From Methanobacterium sp. (GTDB taxonomy: Archaea > Methanobacteriota > Methanobacteria > Methanobacteriales > Methanobacteriaceae), in NCBI GenBank assembly GCA_003166335.1, contig PMWA01000022.1, positions 1 to 23,254 of the forward strand: 23,254 nucleotides of DNA, read 5' to 3'. Below the pieces are notes generated by a model. The model ran no database searches and had not been told where the DNA came from. It saw only the letters and a list, made by a program, of their open reading frames with translations. Below are positions 9,068 through 17,353 of this stretch, piece by piece (position 1 is the first letter of the stretch; every line of letters starts with the position of its first letter). Position numbers and translations under genes: made by a program.

Positions 9068-9432
9068 AGGTTTTGTAAAAGTCACTGCAGATATCCAGTT
9101 TGGCGATACTATTCCAGTTGTTGATTTATGATTTATCAAGGAATTATATTCCCCATGAATCATTTTTTATGGAATACTTTAAAATTTTGGTAAACTTCAG
9201 CATAGCCACTTGTGAGGAATTTTATCTATTTTTAATGAATTCAAAGGACTGATACTTCCAAATCCTTTTTTTTAAATGATTTAGTCTAATTGGCTGAGTA
9301 TTAGGGGTCGCTCGGATATTTTATATGCATAATTTTAGAAAAATGTTATCACTAATAAAAAAAAATTTGTAAGAATTCTAGTTTCTAATTCAACTATTGA
9401 ATTTCTGTAGGGTTTTTAAATATTAGTATATA

Positions 9433-11085
9433 TTATAAATCAGTTTCAGCTTGCGCGGCTTTTATTTCTTCACTGCTAAGAAGTTTCCCATACTTAAATA
9501 CTTTATTAGGACAGGAAAGTGCGCACTTTAAACATCCCATACCTGAACAGAGATCTGTTCTTACCTTGATTAACCCATTTTCAATCGTTATTGCGTTTTC
9601 TGGGCAATGATCAAGGCAAGTCTTACAATTAGTGCATCCTTCAAATTCAGCCTCCAATATGGAACCAACTTTAGTAATGTGTAAGCCTTCTTTACCTAAC
9701 TCGGGGATGTCTCTCTCGAAAATACGGTGAATTTGGGGATTAAAAGAGCGTGGAGCGACTTTCTGGAAACCATATTTATTCAACCATTCATTATACATCC
9801 AGAATGGCATACCTTGCTCATATATGGATAATTCTAATGAGTATATTTTCTCGAAGATCGAAGATGTAGCGAGCATAATGTGTTTACTGCGCATTCCTTT
9901 TGCCATACTCTGTAATTTATCCAGGAGACTTGGATCAATAATCAAATCTCTTGCCATGGCCAGAGAAGTGTTTCCCATTTGATAAATTTCTTGAGATGAA
10001 GGAGGGATTTGTCCCACATTCAAGGATTTTAAGGGATCTACATAGAAACCGGAAGCTCCTGCCATAAATGTGGCATCGATGTCTTCCAGAAGTACTCCAG
10101 CTTCTTCTGCTAGGGTTAAATAGGCAGCTCTAAAAGCTCCTAGAGCTTTACCTATGTTAACAATGTCTTTTTCAGTGAGATATGTATCATCTTGTAAATG
10201 GATCTGATGATCAGGACTCTTTATTTTGGGTAGAGTTATTAACCCATTATCTAATCCTAAACTGAAAGCAGCGATTACTCCTGTTCCAGTTATACCAATA
10301 GATTTTGCACTATTCTCTTTATGTGAGATGATTTTTCCAGTGGATGGGTCGACTTCATCTCCCTCCTGAGTTAGGAGATTATCATCTAGTATATGGGTTT
10401 TCCAGCCATAGTTGGTGAGTTCTAAATCACAAATGGTTCCGGGAGATGCTAATCTGCCCTTTTCTATCATCTGTCCTTCTATTGCCGGCCCTGCTGCTGC
10501 AGAACAAGTGTAAACTTCTCCATTTATTATGAGAGCTATTTCTGCGTTGGTTCCAAAATCAGATACTAAAAATATTCCTTTCTTCTCTAAAATATCAGCT
10601 TTAAAAAGCATAGCAAGAGCATCTGCCCCGATTTCATGTTTTATGGCGGGTGGAATATAAATTTCAGCTTTTGCATTTACTTCAAGACCTACTTTTTCAG
10701 GTGTGGTGATGGTAGCATCTCTTTGGGGTGGTGTTACCTTCAATCTATCTAGTGCATGTTGTCCCCAGTATGCTAGATCTCTGATTTCTATATTATGGAA
10801 TAATGAGAGTTGAATGGAGTTGCCGCATACGGCTACTCTCGTAACGTTGTTAAGATCTATGTTTAAACTTTTAATGACCTTATTTATAGCGTCGAGTAAA
10901 AGTTTATGCGTTGTTTCTCTACCCACTTCGATGGCAAAGTGCAGGTGATCCACTACGTTAGCACCGGGTAACGGATGTCTAAGAGTTATAGCAGTAGAAA
11001 TCACCTGAGAAGTTTTAAGATCCAGTGCTTGTGCTCTTATACCGCTGGTTCCTATGTCCAATGCTATACCATATTTATAATTCAT
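9433..11085 (-). CDS. ramA: ATP-dependent corrinoid-protein reductive activase (RamA/RamM family, ASKHA ATPase plus two Fe-S clusters)
   Basis: N-terminal YGIALDIGTSGIRAQ, RHPLPGANV.DHLHFAIE, HEIGADALAM, DFGTNAE and SAAAGPAIEGQ motifs. C-terminal CTNCKTCLDHCP and CSGMGCLKCALSCP clusters. The ATG at 11085, preceded by GAGGT, is preferred to the TTG at 11103. Directly downstream of mtaC. Confidence 0.9.
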   Translation of the reverse strand: MNYKYGIALDIGTSGIRAQALDLKTSQVISTAITLRHPLPGANVVDHLHFAIEVGRETTHKLLLDAINKVIKSLNIDLNNVTRVAVCGNSIQLSLFHNIEIRDLAYWGQHALDRLKVTPPQRDATITTPEKVGLEVNAKAEIYIPPAIKHEIGADALAMLFKADILEKKGIFLVSDFGTNAEIALIINGEVYTCSAAAGPAIEGQMIEKGRLASPGTICDLELTNYGWKTHILDDNLLTQEGDEVDPSTGKIISHKENSAKSIGITGTGVIAAFSLGLDNGLITLPKIKSPDHQIHLQDDTYLTEKDIVNIGKALGAFRAAYLTLAEEAGVLLEDIDATFMAGASGFYVDPLKSLNVGQIPPSSQEIYQMGNTSLAMARDLIIDPSLLDKLQSMAKGMRSKHIMLATSSIFEKIYSLELSIYEQGMPFWMYNEWLNKYGFQKVAPRSFNPQIHRIFERDIPELGKEGLHITKVGSILEAEFEGCTNCKTCLDHCPENAITIENGLIKVRTDLCSGMGCLKCALSCPNKVFKYGKLLSSEEIKAAQAETDL

Positions 11086-11145
11086 TTTAGTTTTAAACCT
11101 CAAATATTAAGTTTTTTAAAAAGAGTCTTATAGGGTGTTTTTATT

Positions 11146-11175
11146 AAAAAAAATAGAATTTAATAAAGAAAAAAA
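11146..11175 (-). terminator. Possible archaeal oligo-U terminator after mtaC
   Basis: T7 (11175..11169) and T8 (11153..11146) runs on the minus strand, 15-45 nt after the mtaC stop. The AT-rich background weakens this call. Confidence 0.35.
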
Positions 11176-11189
11176 TTTTTTATTCTTTT

Positions 11190-12017
11190 TTAAGCGTATT
11201 CTGAGACGAACTCGCCCACTATCTCTGAATATTCTTTTCTGAGTTCTTTCCATGTTTTTTTATCTTTTAATATACTATCAGCTAGTTTTGGTGCATGATA
11301 AGCTTCAACACCGTAAACACTCATAGGGAAGGATTCCACGAAATCTTTTCTTACAGAACCACCACCACATCCAAAGGCTGGGACTTCAAGACCTTTCTTC
11401 TGCAACTCCTCTACAACCTTGGGGAAAACTGTCATGGTGGTGGTCATCAAAGCTGTTCCTGTCATAAATAGTGGTTTATACTTCTCCACAGCATCTATTA
11501 CCTCAGTGGTAGGTACATCCCTACCAAGATCTATGGCATCATATCCGTTAGCTCTTAGGAACATAACCACTAGATTTTTACCTATATCATGAGGGTCTCC
11601 TTCAGCCACGAAAGATACTGTGGTACCTTTAGTTTCACTTTTATGTCCTAATATCTTCTCACACACCCTTACTCCTTCCATCATACTATCACCTGACAGC
11701 ATAAGGTCTGGGAGGAAGTAGAACCCTTTAGTGTAAAGCAAACTAACGGCATCCATACCCTTCATTAAACCATTATTAATTATATCAACGGGTGATAATC
11801 CTGCCTCCAAGCCGTCATTAACATTACTAAGGGAGGCATCCATATCTCCATATAGTACGGCTAATGCTATGGATTTATAAGGTTCCTCTGTGGGGAGAAT
11901 ATTACGTACGTCTAAATCATTCTCGGGCCTTATTGCTGGGCCTTCAATTTCCACATTATATCTAATAGCCACAAAATTCTGATCCAGTTTAGATTCTAAT
12001 TCTTCAATATGAGTCAT
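11190..12017 (-). CDS. mtaC: Methanol-specific corrinoid protein
   Basis: B12-binding DxHxxG motif (EGDPHDIGKN), DLGRDVP, GTALMTTTM and GGG. Helical cap with FLPDLM and an MtaC-like N-terminal RYNV arm. Starts 11 nt after the mtaB stop. Confidence 0.92.
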   Translation of the reverse strand: MTHIEELESKLDQNFVAIRYNVEIEGPAIRPENDLDVRNILPTEEPYKSIALAVLYGDMDASLSNVNDGLEAGLSPVDIINNGLMKGMDAVSLLYTKGFYFLPDLMLSGDSMMEGVRVCEKILGHKSETKGTTVSFVAEGDPHDIGKNLVVMFLRANGYDAIDLGRDVPTTEVIDAVEKYKPLFMTGTALMTTTMTVFPKVVEELQKKGLEVPAFGCGGGSVRKDFVESFPMSVYGVEAYHAPKLADSILKDKKTWKELRKEYSEIVGEFVSEYA

Positions 12018-12028
12018 TTTTCTTCACC

Positions 12029-13414
12029 TCAAAGTTCATAACTTTTAGGATCAAATTCTGGCACTTTTCGTGTATAAGTTCTCAGGCATTCATCCGTGAA
12101 TTGATCCGAATCCATTGGTAATTCTTCAAGAATTTTAAGTGCATTATCAAGCGAATCTCTCTCGAATCGAGTAAGATATAGTTTACCAGCATCAACTGCT
12201 TCATTAATAATTTTTCCCGCTTCAAGAGCAGCTGCCCTAGCCCTCAAATACGGGTCATTGCCATAATTTACTATGGCTTCACCTATTCGGTAGGCATTAT
12301 CATAGGCTAAGATTAATCCCTGGGGGTCTCTATACTTATCCGTAAGAGTATAAATATCTCTTAGAGTTTCACCGGTTCCCGTCTGTATAGCGGTGTTCAT
12401 AAGGGCCGCTTCATATCCTGTAGCTTGCAACCATACCTCGGGGGTGGTACCTCCCATTTCTTGTCTATGGTAAACTGATTCATTACTCCAAACATCTGTC
12501 ATGGCAGCTGTTAAATTGCCCATCAAATCAGAATGAGCGCAAACTGCATTCTTACCTTCTGTAGCTATTGGAACACCAGATATAGCTTTAACAATAGGGT
12601 TTTCATATCCACAATCTTTTAAAGGACCGATAGCACCACATTCCACAGCTACTAAACTTCTAGCTGCAGCCATAGCTCTTGCTAATGCAGCTGTGGTATG
12701 TGCGATGTCTTTATCTAATAATCCTCCAGCCATGAACATAGCAGTATTAGCTTGAGCACAATCAGTATCACCACCTGGTCGACAGTCATATCTTCGGCAT
12801 ATATTCACTATTCTCTTCCACATGTACTCCATATCAATGCTTCCCAAAACACCTATACCGAAGAGAACAGCCTTTATATCACCCCTGGATATCCCGTAAT
12901 CTGAAGCAGATTTACCTCCCATGGTTTCTATACAGAGGTCTGATGCTCCATTGGCAGCACATGCTTCCATGGTTTCTTCAATCTTGTTGTCATAATCAGA
13001 TCCTCTAAGTCCGGGAGCTCTTTCTTCCACTCTTATGTCTGCAGGGGTCTGCCTTAAGGCTACACTAATACCATATTCATCGTAGTATCTTTCTAGAATT
13101 TCAGCTTGTATTTGTGTACATTCTGCTGCCCATTCTGGATTATTAGTTTGTTGAAAGACATGTTCTTGTTCCAGCATAAAGGAAGGTAATCCTATAGACA
13201 CGGCTCTTTTGCAGGCACTTTGTGCTATGTTTCTACATTCTGCCACCATTTTTTCTTTTGATGCTTCTGATCCTTCTTGTGGAGCTACTTTAACTTCCGG
13301 CACCACATAACCTGCACCAAATTGTATATTCCAACGTTCACTTACAGGAAATTTGGCATGGCCAAAAATTAGCTCTTCAGGGTTTTTATAAATCATCCTG
13401 GTAAATCTTTTCAC
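12029..13414 (-). CDS. mtaB: Methanol:corrinoid methyltransferase
   Basis: 461 aa with LEQEHV.Q, T..DIR and the Zn-ligand motifs IETMGGK (Glu), GGDTDCAQANTAM (Cys) and GPLKDCGYEN (Cys). Also CAHSDLMGNL, DVWSNESV and DKYRDPQG. GTG start with a GGTGGTGA RBS at 13428..13421. Confidence 0.95.
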   Translation of the reverse strand: MKRFTRMIYKNPEELIFGHAKFPVSERWNIQFGAGYVVPEVKVAPQEGSEASKEKMVAECRNIAQSACKRAVSIGLPSFMLEQEHVFQQTNNPEWAAECTQIQAEILERYYDEYGISVALRQTPADIRVEERAPGLRGSDYDNKIEETMEACAANGASDLCIETMGGKSASDYGISRGDIKAVLFGIGVLGSIDMEYMWKRIVNICRRYDCRPGGDTDCAQANTAMFMAGGLLDKDIAHTTAALARAMAAARSLVAVECGAIGPLKDCGYENPIVKAISGVPIATEGKNAVCAHSDLMGNLTAAMTDVWSNESVYHRQEMGGTTPEVWLQATGYEAALMNTAIQTGTGETLRDIYTLTDKYRDPQGLILAYDNAYRIGEAIVNYGNDPYLRARAAALEAGKIINEAVDAGKLYLTRFERDSLDNALKILEELPMDSDQFTDECLRTYTRKVPEFDPKSYEL

Positions 13415-13474
13415 AATAATTCACCACCATATTTTTAATAATACAAAGACTTTTACAATAATAGTATTATGTCA

Positions 13475-13496
13475 TTCGAATTGGTTAAAATTTTCG
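13475..13496 (-). promoter_or_regulatory. Putative BRE/TATA-like promoter or operator of mtaBC
   Basis: Minus strand CGAAAATTTTAACCAATTCGAA has a purine-rich BRE-like run followed by TTTTAA. Its 13475..13494 core matches the motif upstream of mtaA at 17 of 20 bases. Confidence 0.4.
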
Positions 13497-13530
13497 AATT
13501 GGGAGAATTAAATTTTAGGGAATTGTTTAA

Positions 13531-14118
13531 ATGACCATGCAAATTGAAAATATGGATGAAATGGTAGTTAAAAAGGCAATAAAAATTATAAATAAGTTGA
13601 AAGGAGTATTAGGGGTGAAAATTCTTTTGGATGAGGATAAAACAGCTCTAAAAGAAATGGAGTCCAAAAGGGAAGGAGATGTAATACCAGTTGTAAATAG
13701 AGGGTTGAAAGAATGTTTGATGAGAGAATTTTATTTAGCTATATTTAAAAATATAGAATTCCGATACCCACCTGTACCTACGGTACTACTTGTCACGGAT
13801 AAAGGTAGGATACTGGGACAAGAATTAATTTCTAACGAGGAAAAGAAAAAATATCAGGATCGCAGTGATGTATATTTCCTCAGTACTGATTTCATCTTCT
13901 TTAAATCTAATAAATCATCAGTTGGCACTGGAATTGAAAAAGAATTTTTTCTTTTACCTTCTGTACCATTCCCTGAGCTTGAGGATGTGTCGGGTATTTC
14001 AGATGTTACTTCTTGTAGTCCTTCAACAATGGGTGACTCTTACCTCAAGAATAAATATGGTTATCCTCAGGATCCTAATATTGCCACGATAATCGTAGGT
14101 TTTTCAAAAACTAAATAA
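13531..14118 (+). CDS. Hypothetical soluble protein (195 aa) embedded in the mta cluster
   Basis: Long ORF with normal globular composition. It fills the gap between mtaB (divergent) and mtaA (convergent) and is followed by a T8 tract at 14151..14158. The exact start (13531, 13537 or later) is uncertain. Confidence 0.8.
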   Translation: MTMQIENMDEMVVKKAIKIINKLKGVLGVKILLDEDKTALKEMESKREGDVIPVVNRGLKECLMREFYLAIFKNIEFRYPPVPTVLLVTDKGRILGQELISNEEKKKYQDRSDVYFLSTDFIFFKSNKSSVGTGIEKEFFLLPSVPFPELEDVSGISDVTSCSPSTMGDSYLKNKYGYPQDPNIATIIVGFSKTK

Positions 14119-14203
14119 TGGAAGAAGGGTTTCTTAACTCTTTTAATCAATTTTTTTTGAATTAAATCCTATTTTTTAAGTCATTATATAGCAAATTTCG
14201 AGA

Positions 14204-15265
14204 TTATTTATTGTAAAATTCATTTCTTCCTTTTACCATTGCTTTAATATTTTCAAGAGGTGATCTAGGCGCTAAACCACAACTTGGAGCTAATATATCT
14301 ATTCCTGATTCTAAAACATCTTTAACTTTCTTTTTAACTTCATCTGGTGAATCTCTGAAAAGTGTCTGTGATGAAGAGATGTTTCCTATGAGTTTGGGAG
14401 ATTTTTCCCCGCCCATAGTCATAATCCTTCCTCCAACTCTCATTATCTTCCCTCCACCTTTCAATTCTTCCTTCGCCCATTTCACATCCACTTTCTCCTC
14501 CACGCTTAAACCATCATAACCAATGCTAGCCATATCTTTTAGTATAGGCTCTGCTGATCCACATATATGGAGAACTTTTTTAGTATTTATCTCTCTTGAT
14601 AAGTCTTCTAATCTTGGTTTGACAATAGTTTTAAATTGTAATGGATTAATAAGTTCCGTAGCAGAAGTTGGTTCCGCAACACAGATGATATCCGGACCTA
14701 TTTCTGAAAGAGCATTTACGTATTCCATGGAAACATCAAGGGCTTTATCTAGAGCTGATTCAATCTCGTAAGGTTTGGTTCGCATATACCTTACCATTTT
14801 CTCCACTCCAAGCAAATGACCTGTAAGGGTGAAGGGACCGGTAATCCCCACGATAATGGGAAGAGTATCCCCATATTTTTCTTTCAATTTTTTTAAAGCT
14901 TCTAATACAACCGGAATTCGTCCATTATGTAGGAAATCCGTAGGTATTTTAATATCACTAGCGTTTTGAAATGGACTCTCCATTACTAAAGGCGTCTTAT
15001 CCTCAGAACCAAGATTTACTTTACAACCCATAGCTTCAGCTTCCACTGTTAGGCAGAATGGTATTCTGGCACATTCCAATCCCACGAGCTCGTATAGGGA
15101 ACTTCCGAGTATGGCCATCTTTTCAGCGTCTGTATGTGCTTCTGGCCAAAATGAATCAGTTTTCTCCATGGCTTCCACTATCCCTATTTGAGTAACACTT
15201 ATCACCGGGGTTACATTAACTTCTTCTCCGGAAAGCACTGTTAAAACATTTTCTTTCAAATTCAT
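14204..15265 (-). CDS. mtaA: Methylcobamide:coenzyme M methyltransferase (MtaA/CmuA, UroD-like fold)
   Basis: WPEAH.DAEKMA.L, RIPFCLTVEAEAMGC, GPFTL and the Zn ligands LHICG and LAPSCG. The ATG at 15265 has a GGAGTGA RBS (15280..15274) and is preferred to the GTG at 15277. Confidence 0.92.
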   Translation of the reverse strand: MNLKENVLTVLSGEEVNVTPVISVTQIGIVEAMEKTDSFWPEAHTDAEKMAILGSSLYELVGLECARIPFCLTVEAEAMGCKVNLGSEDKTPLVMESPFQNASDIKIPTDFLHNGRIPVVLEALKKLKEKYGDTLPIIVGITGPFTLTGHLLGVEKMVRYMRTKPYEIESALDKALDVSMEYVNALSEIGPDIICVAEPTSATELINPLQFKTIVKPRLEDLSREINTKKVLHICGSAEPILKDMASIGYDGLSVEEKVDVKWAKEELKGGGKIMRVGGRIMTMGGEKSPKLIGNISSSQTLFRDSPDEVKKKVKDVLESGIDILAPSCGLAPRSPLENIKAMVKGRNEFYNK

Positions 15266-15297
15266 TTGTTTTTTCACTCCTAGTTGATATATGGGCG

Positions 15298-15320
15298 TTC
15301 AAATTGTTTAAATTTTTTGC
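15298..15320 (-). promoter_or_regulatory. Putative BRE/TATA-like promoter or operator of mtaA
   Basis: Minus strand GCAAAAAATTTAAACAATTTGAA. TTTAAA lies about 30 nt upstream of the RBS, and the sequence resembles the motif upstream of mtaB. Confidence 0.45.
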
Positions 15321-15445
15321 AAACTAATGTAAAAAATCTATAATACAATTTGTTAGTGAATTATAATAGAAAATATTCATGAATTAGGCTATGAAAAAAT
15401 CTTTAAAACTCTATTATTATGATTTATGGCATTCTTTTACATATT

Positions 15446-16054
15446 TTATTTAAACCCTATTAAAAGATATATTTGTAGTGCTGTTAATGTAAAACCCAAA
15501 GAAGCACCCACTATAACTTGATAGAAAGTGTGTCTCTTGAGATATAATCTACTCCATATAACCAAGGGAATAAGGATGATAAAAATTAGGCCAGTATAAC
15601 CAAATACGTATATAAGTGCTGCTGCGGGTCCTGCTACTCCAATGGAGTGAATGCTAATTTTCCAGAATAAGCTGATTAACAACACTATTAGTGTGTTGGA
15701 GAAATAACAGAACATGAGTACTGTGGTGATAGGAGGCGCTGAAAGAATGTATAACAAAACAACGCCAATTAGATATGATAATATAATCCATAACAAAGGA
15801 TAAAACCTATCCTCCTTTCGCGGCATATCTATTTCAATTTTCTCATTTTTTATCCATAGGAAAGCTATTATACTTGGTATTAGCGCTGCAAAAATAATAC
15901 TGATGAAAGTTACTACTACAAATTCATATCCTTTCAGTAAGTAATAATTAATGAGGAGAAATACGAGAATAGCTACTAAAGGGGCGTTAGTGAAAGTGGA
16001 GATTATTTTGGCTATGTATTGTTTGGATTTAAAATTGTAACTCCAGTGTTGCAT
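15446..16054 (-). CDS. PAP2-superfamily-like integral membrane protein
   Basis: About six hydrophobic segments, with WKISIHS and WSRLYLKRHTFYQVIVG matching PAP2 motif 2/3-like patterns (S.H ... SR.....H...Q/D). Confidence 0.75.
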   Translation of the reverse strand: MQHWSYNFKSKQYIAKIISTFTNAPLVAILVFLLINYYLLKGYEFVVVTFISIIFAALIPSIIAFLWIKNEKIEIDMPRKEDRFYPLLWIILSYLIGVVLLYILSAPPITTVLMFCYFSNTLIVLLISLFWKISIHSIGVAGPAAALIYVFGYTGLIFIILIPLVIWSRLYLKRHTFYQVIVGASLGFTLTALQIYLLIGFK

Positions 16055-16129
16055 TTTTTTAATTTCCCCCAGTATAGAATAAATCTTAAAGTACTTTTTT
16101 TACCAAATAATTATTTGATTATTCTTTAG

Positions 16130-17290
16130 TTAAATAGACAGAAATCCATTAGGAGCTAAACTAGTGGCAAGCATGACCATGTTAATCTCTTGATGATCAG
16201 TCCATGTGCGAGACTTCTTATTTCCACTTTCCATCCAGAACTGTTCAATGATTTCAGATAAGGATGCATATCGTGTTATAACTGCAACACAGGATTTTAA
16301 TGATTTATACTCGCTGAATAGCTCGAAATTATCCTTAATCAGGTCTAATAACTTTTCAACACCTTTAAGTCCTATAGATAATCCTAATTCACGGAATGCT
16401 AATCTGTAATCGGCGGGATACTTCAAGAGATCTCCTTCTTCAAACGACTCCACACCTAAAAGAGCAGAATCCAGAATAGTGGCTAAGAGATTCAAGTATT
16501 CCCTTTTATATTTTATAATTAGTTGTGCGGTTCTTGAAGCATCAGATAAGAGACCACCGATACCTAGGGGATCATCAGTGTTCCAACTCATACTCCTACA
16601 GATATTAGCCATATCCGTAATTTCGTAGCTTAAATCGGATTCTTTTAATTCTACGTTTTTTATTAATTCATTATAAGTTATGAAGCCATCAAGAGGATCG
16701 TGCTGTCCCATAGATGGTACGAGTGGATAATTGAGGTCGATGCTCATCTTCCAATGCATTTTCTTACATCCATCAAATGAGGAACTGTAAACGAAGGATT
16801 TATGGGCGACTTTCGCAAGCTCTATACTCCATTTATTATATATTGAATTTTGAGTTTCTTGACTCATACAATGAAGGGCATGCATCCATTTAGTTAGGTA
16901 ATGATAATATTGTCCATCTTGATCCCATTCTAATTGTTCATTATATGGTTCGCCGAGTTTGCGTTCATTCAATTCTTTACCGATACGCAAGCCACCTTTA
17001 GTGGGATGTAATTCCCCTTCTTCTTCATTAAGACCGCTAATCCAGCCGGTTCGTGAATCATCATCACGATGCCGACCTAAAATATGATGAACTTGGTTTA
17101 CTAAACGCATGGCAAGTTTCAGATAAGTTTGATCCTTAGTCTGACGGAAAAGTTCTATATAGTTGCAGACTGCGAAGGCATCAGTCCATAGGTAACGTTG
17201 AGGATGGTCCGAGACAGGTTCAAGTCCGGTTAGACTGGCAAAATCCTGCATGATTTCTTGAACTAGTGCTGTATTCTCTTTTTGATTCAT
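16130..17290 (-). CDS. Conserved-looking hypothetical protein (386 aa) with RYLWTDAF and DGQYYHYLTKW motifs
   Basis: Long ORF with a GAGGATGA RBS and strongly patterned aromatic/acidic motifs (RYLWTDAFAVCN, GGLRIGK, DGQYYHYLTKWMHAL, MGQHDPLDG, YRLAFRELGL, WTDHQEINMVMLA). Function not recognised. Confidence 0.8.
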   Translation of the reverse strand: MNQKENTALVQEIMQDFASLTGLEPVSDHPQRYLWTDAFAVCNYIELFRQTKDQTYLKLAMRLVNQVHHILGRHRDDDSRTGWISGLNEEEGELHPTKGGLRIGKELNERKLGEPYNEQLEWDQDGQYYHYLTKWMHALHCMSQETQNSIYNKWSIELAKVAHKSFVYSSSFDGCKKMHWKMSIDLNYPLVPSMGQHDPLDGFITYNELIKNVELKESDLSYEITDMANICRSMSWNTDDPLGIGGLLSDASRTAQLIIKYKREYLNLLATILDSALLGVESFEEGDLLKYPADYRLAFRELGLSIGLKGVEKLLDLIKDNFELFSEYKSLKSCVAVITRYASLSEIIEQFWMESGNKKSRTWTDHQEINMVMLATSLAPNGFLSI

Positions 17291-17353
17291 TAATCATCCT
17301 CAAAACATTATCATTTGAGTTTATTTATTTGTTCATAATCCTATTATAAATTT

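Noticed and set aside
9063..9131. Plus-strand peptide TEGFVKVTADIQFGDTIPVVDL, reminiscent of a disulfide-oxidoreductase interface segment and so a possible second gene remnant
   Set aside because: Only about 22 codons with one short resemblance. It cannot be supported without a translated search.
8978..9163. 61-aa ORF with a CCRTCC motif as a small metal-binding protein
   Set aside because: The Cys cluster is an out-of-frame reading of the GVAGP codons of the PAP2-like pseudogene, and its C-terminal part is one in-frame piece of that remnant.
9291..9318. GC-richer patch (GGCTGAGTATTAGGGGTCGCTCGG) as a transposon end, tRNA fragment or hairpin
   Set aside because: No partner inverted repeat, no T-loop consensus and only a weak stem.
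9433..15265. Pyrrolysine-dependent methylamine methyltransferase system, suggested by the RamA family name
   Set aside because: The substrate-specific enzyme has MtaB motifs. There is no in-frame TAG read-through candidate and no pyl, mtm, mtb or mtt gene in the window.
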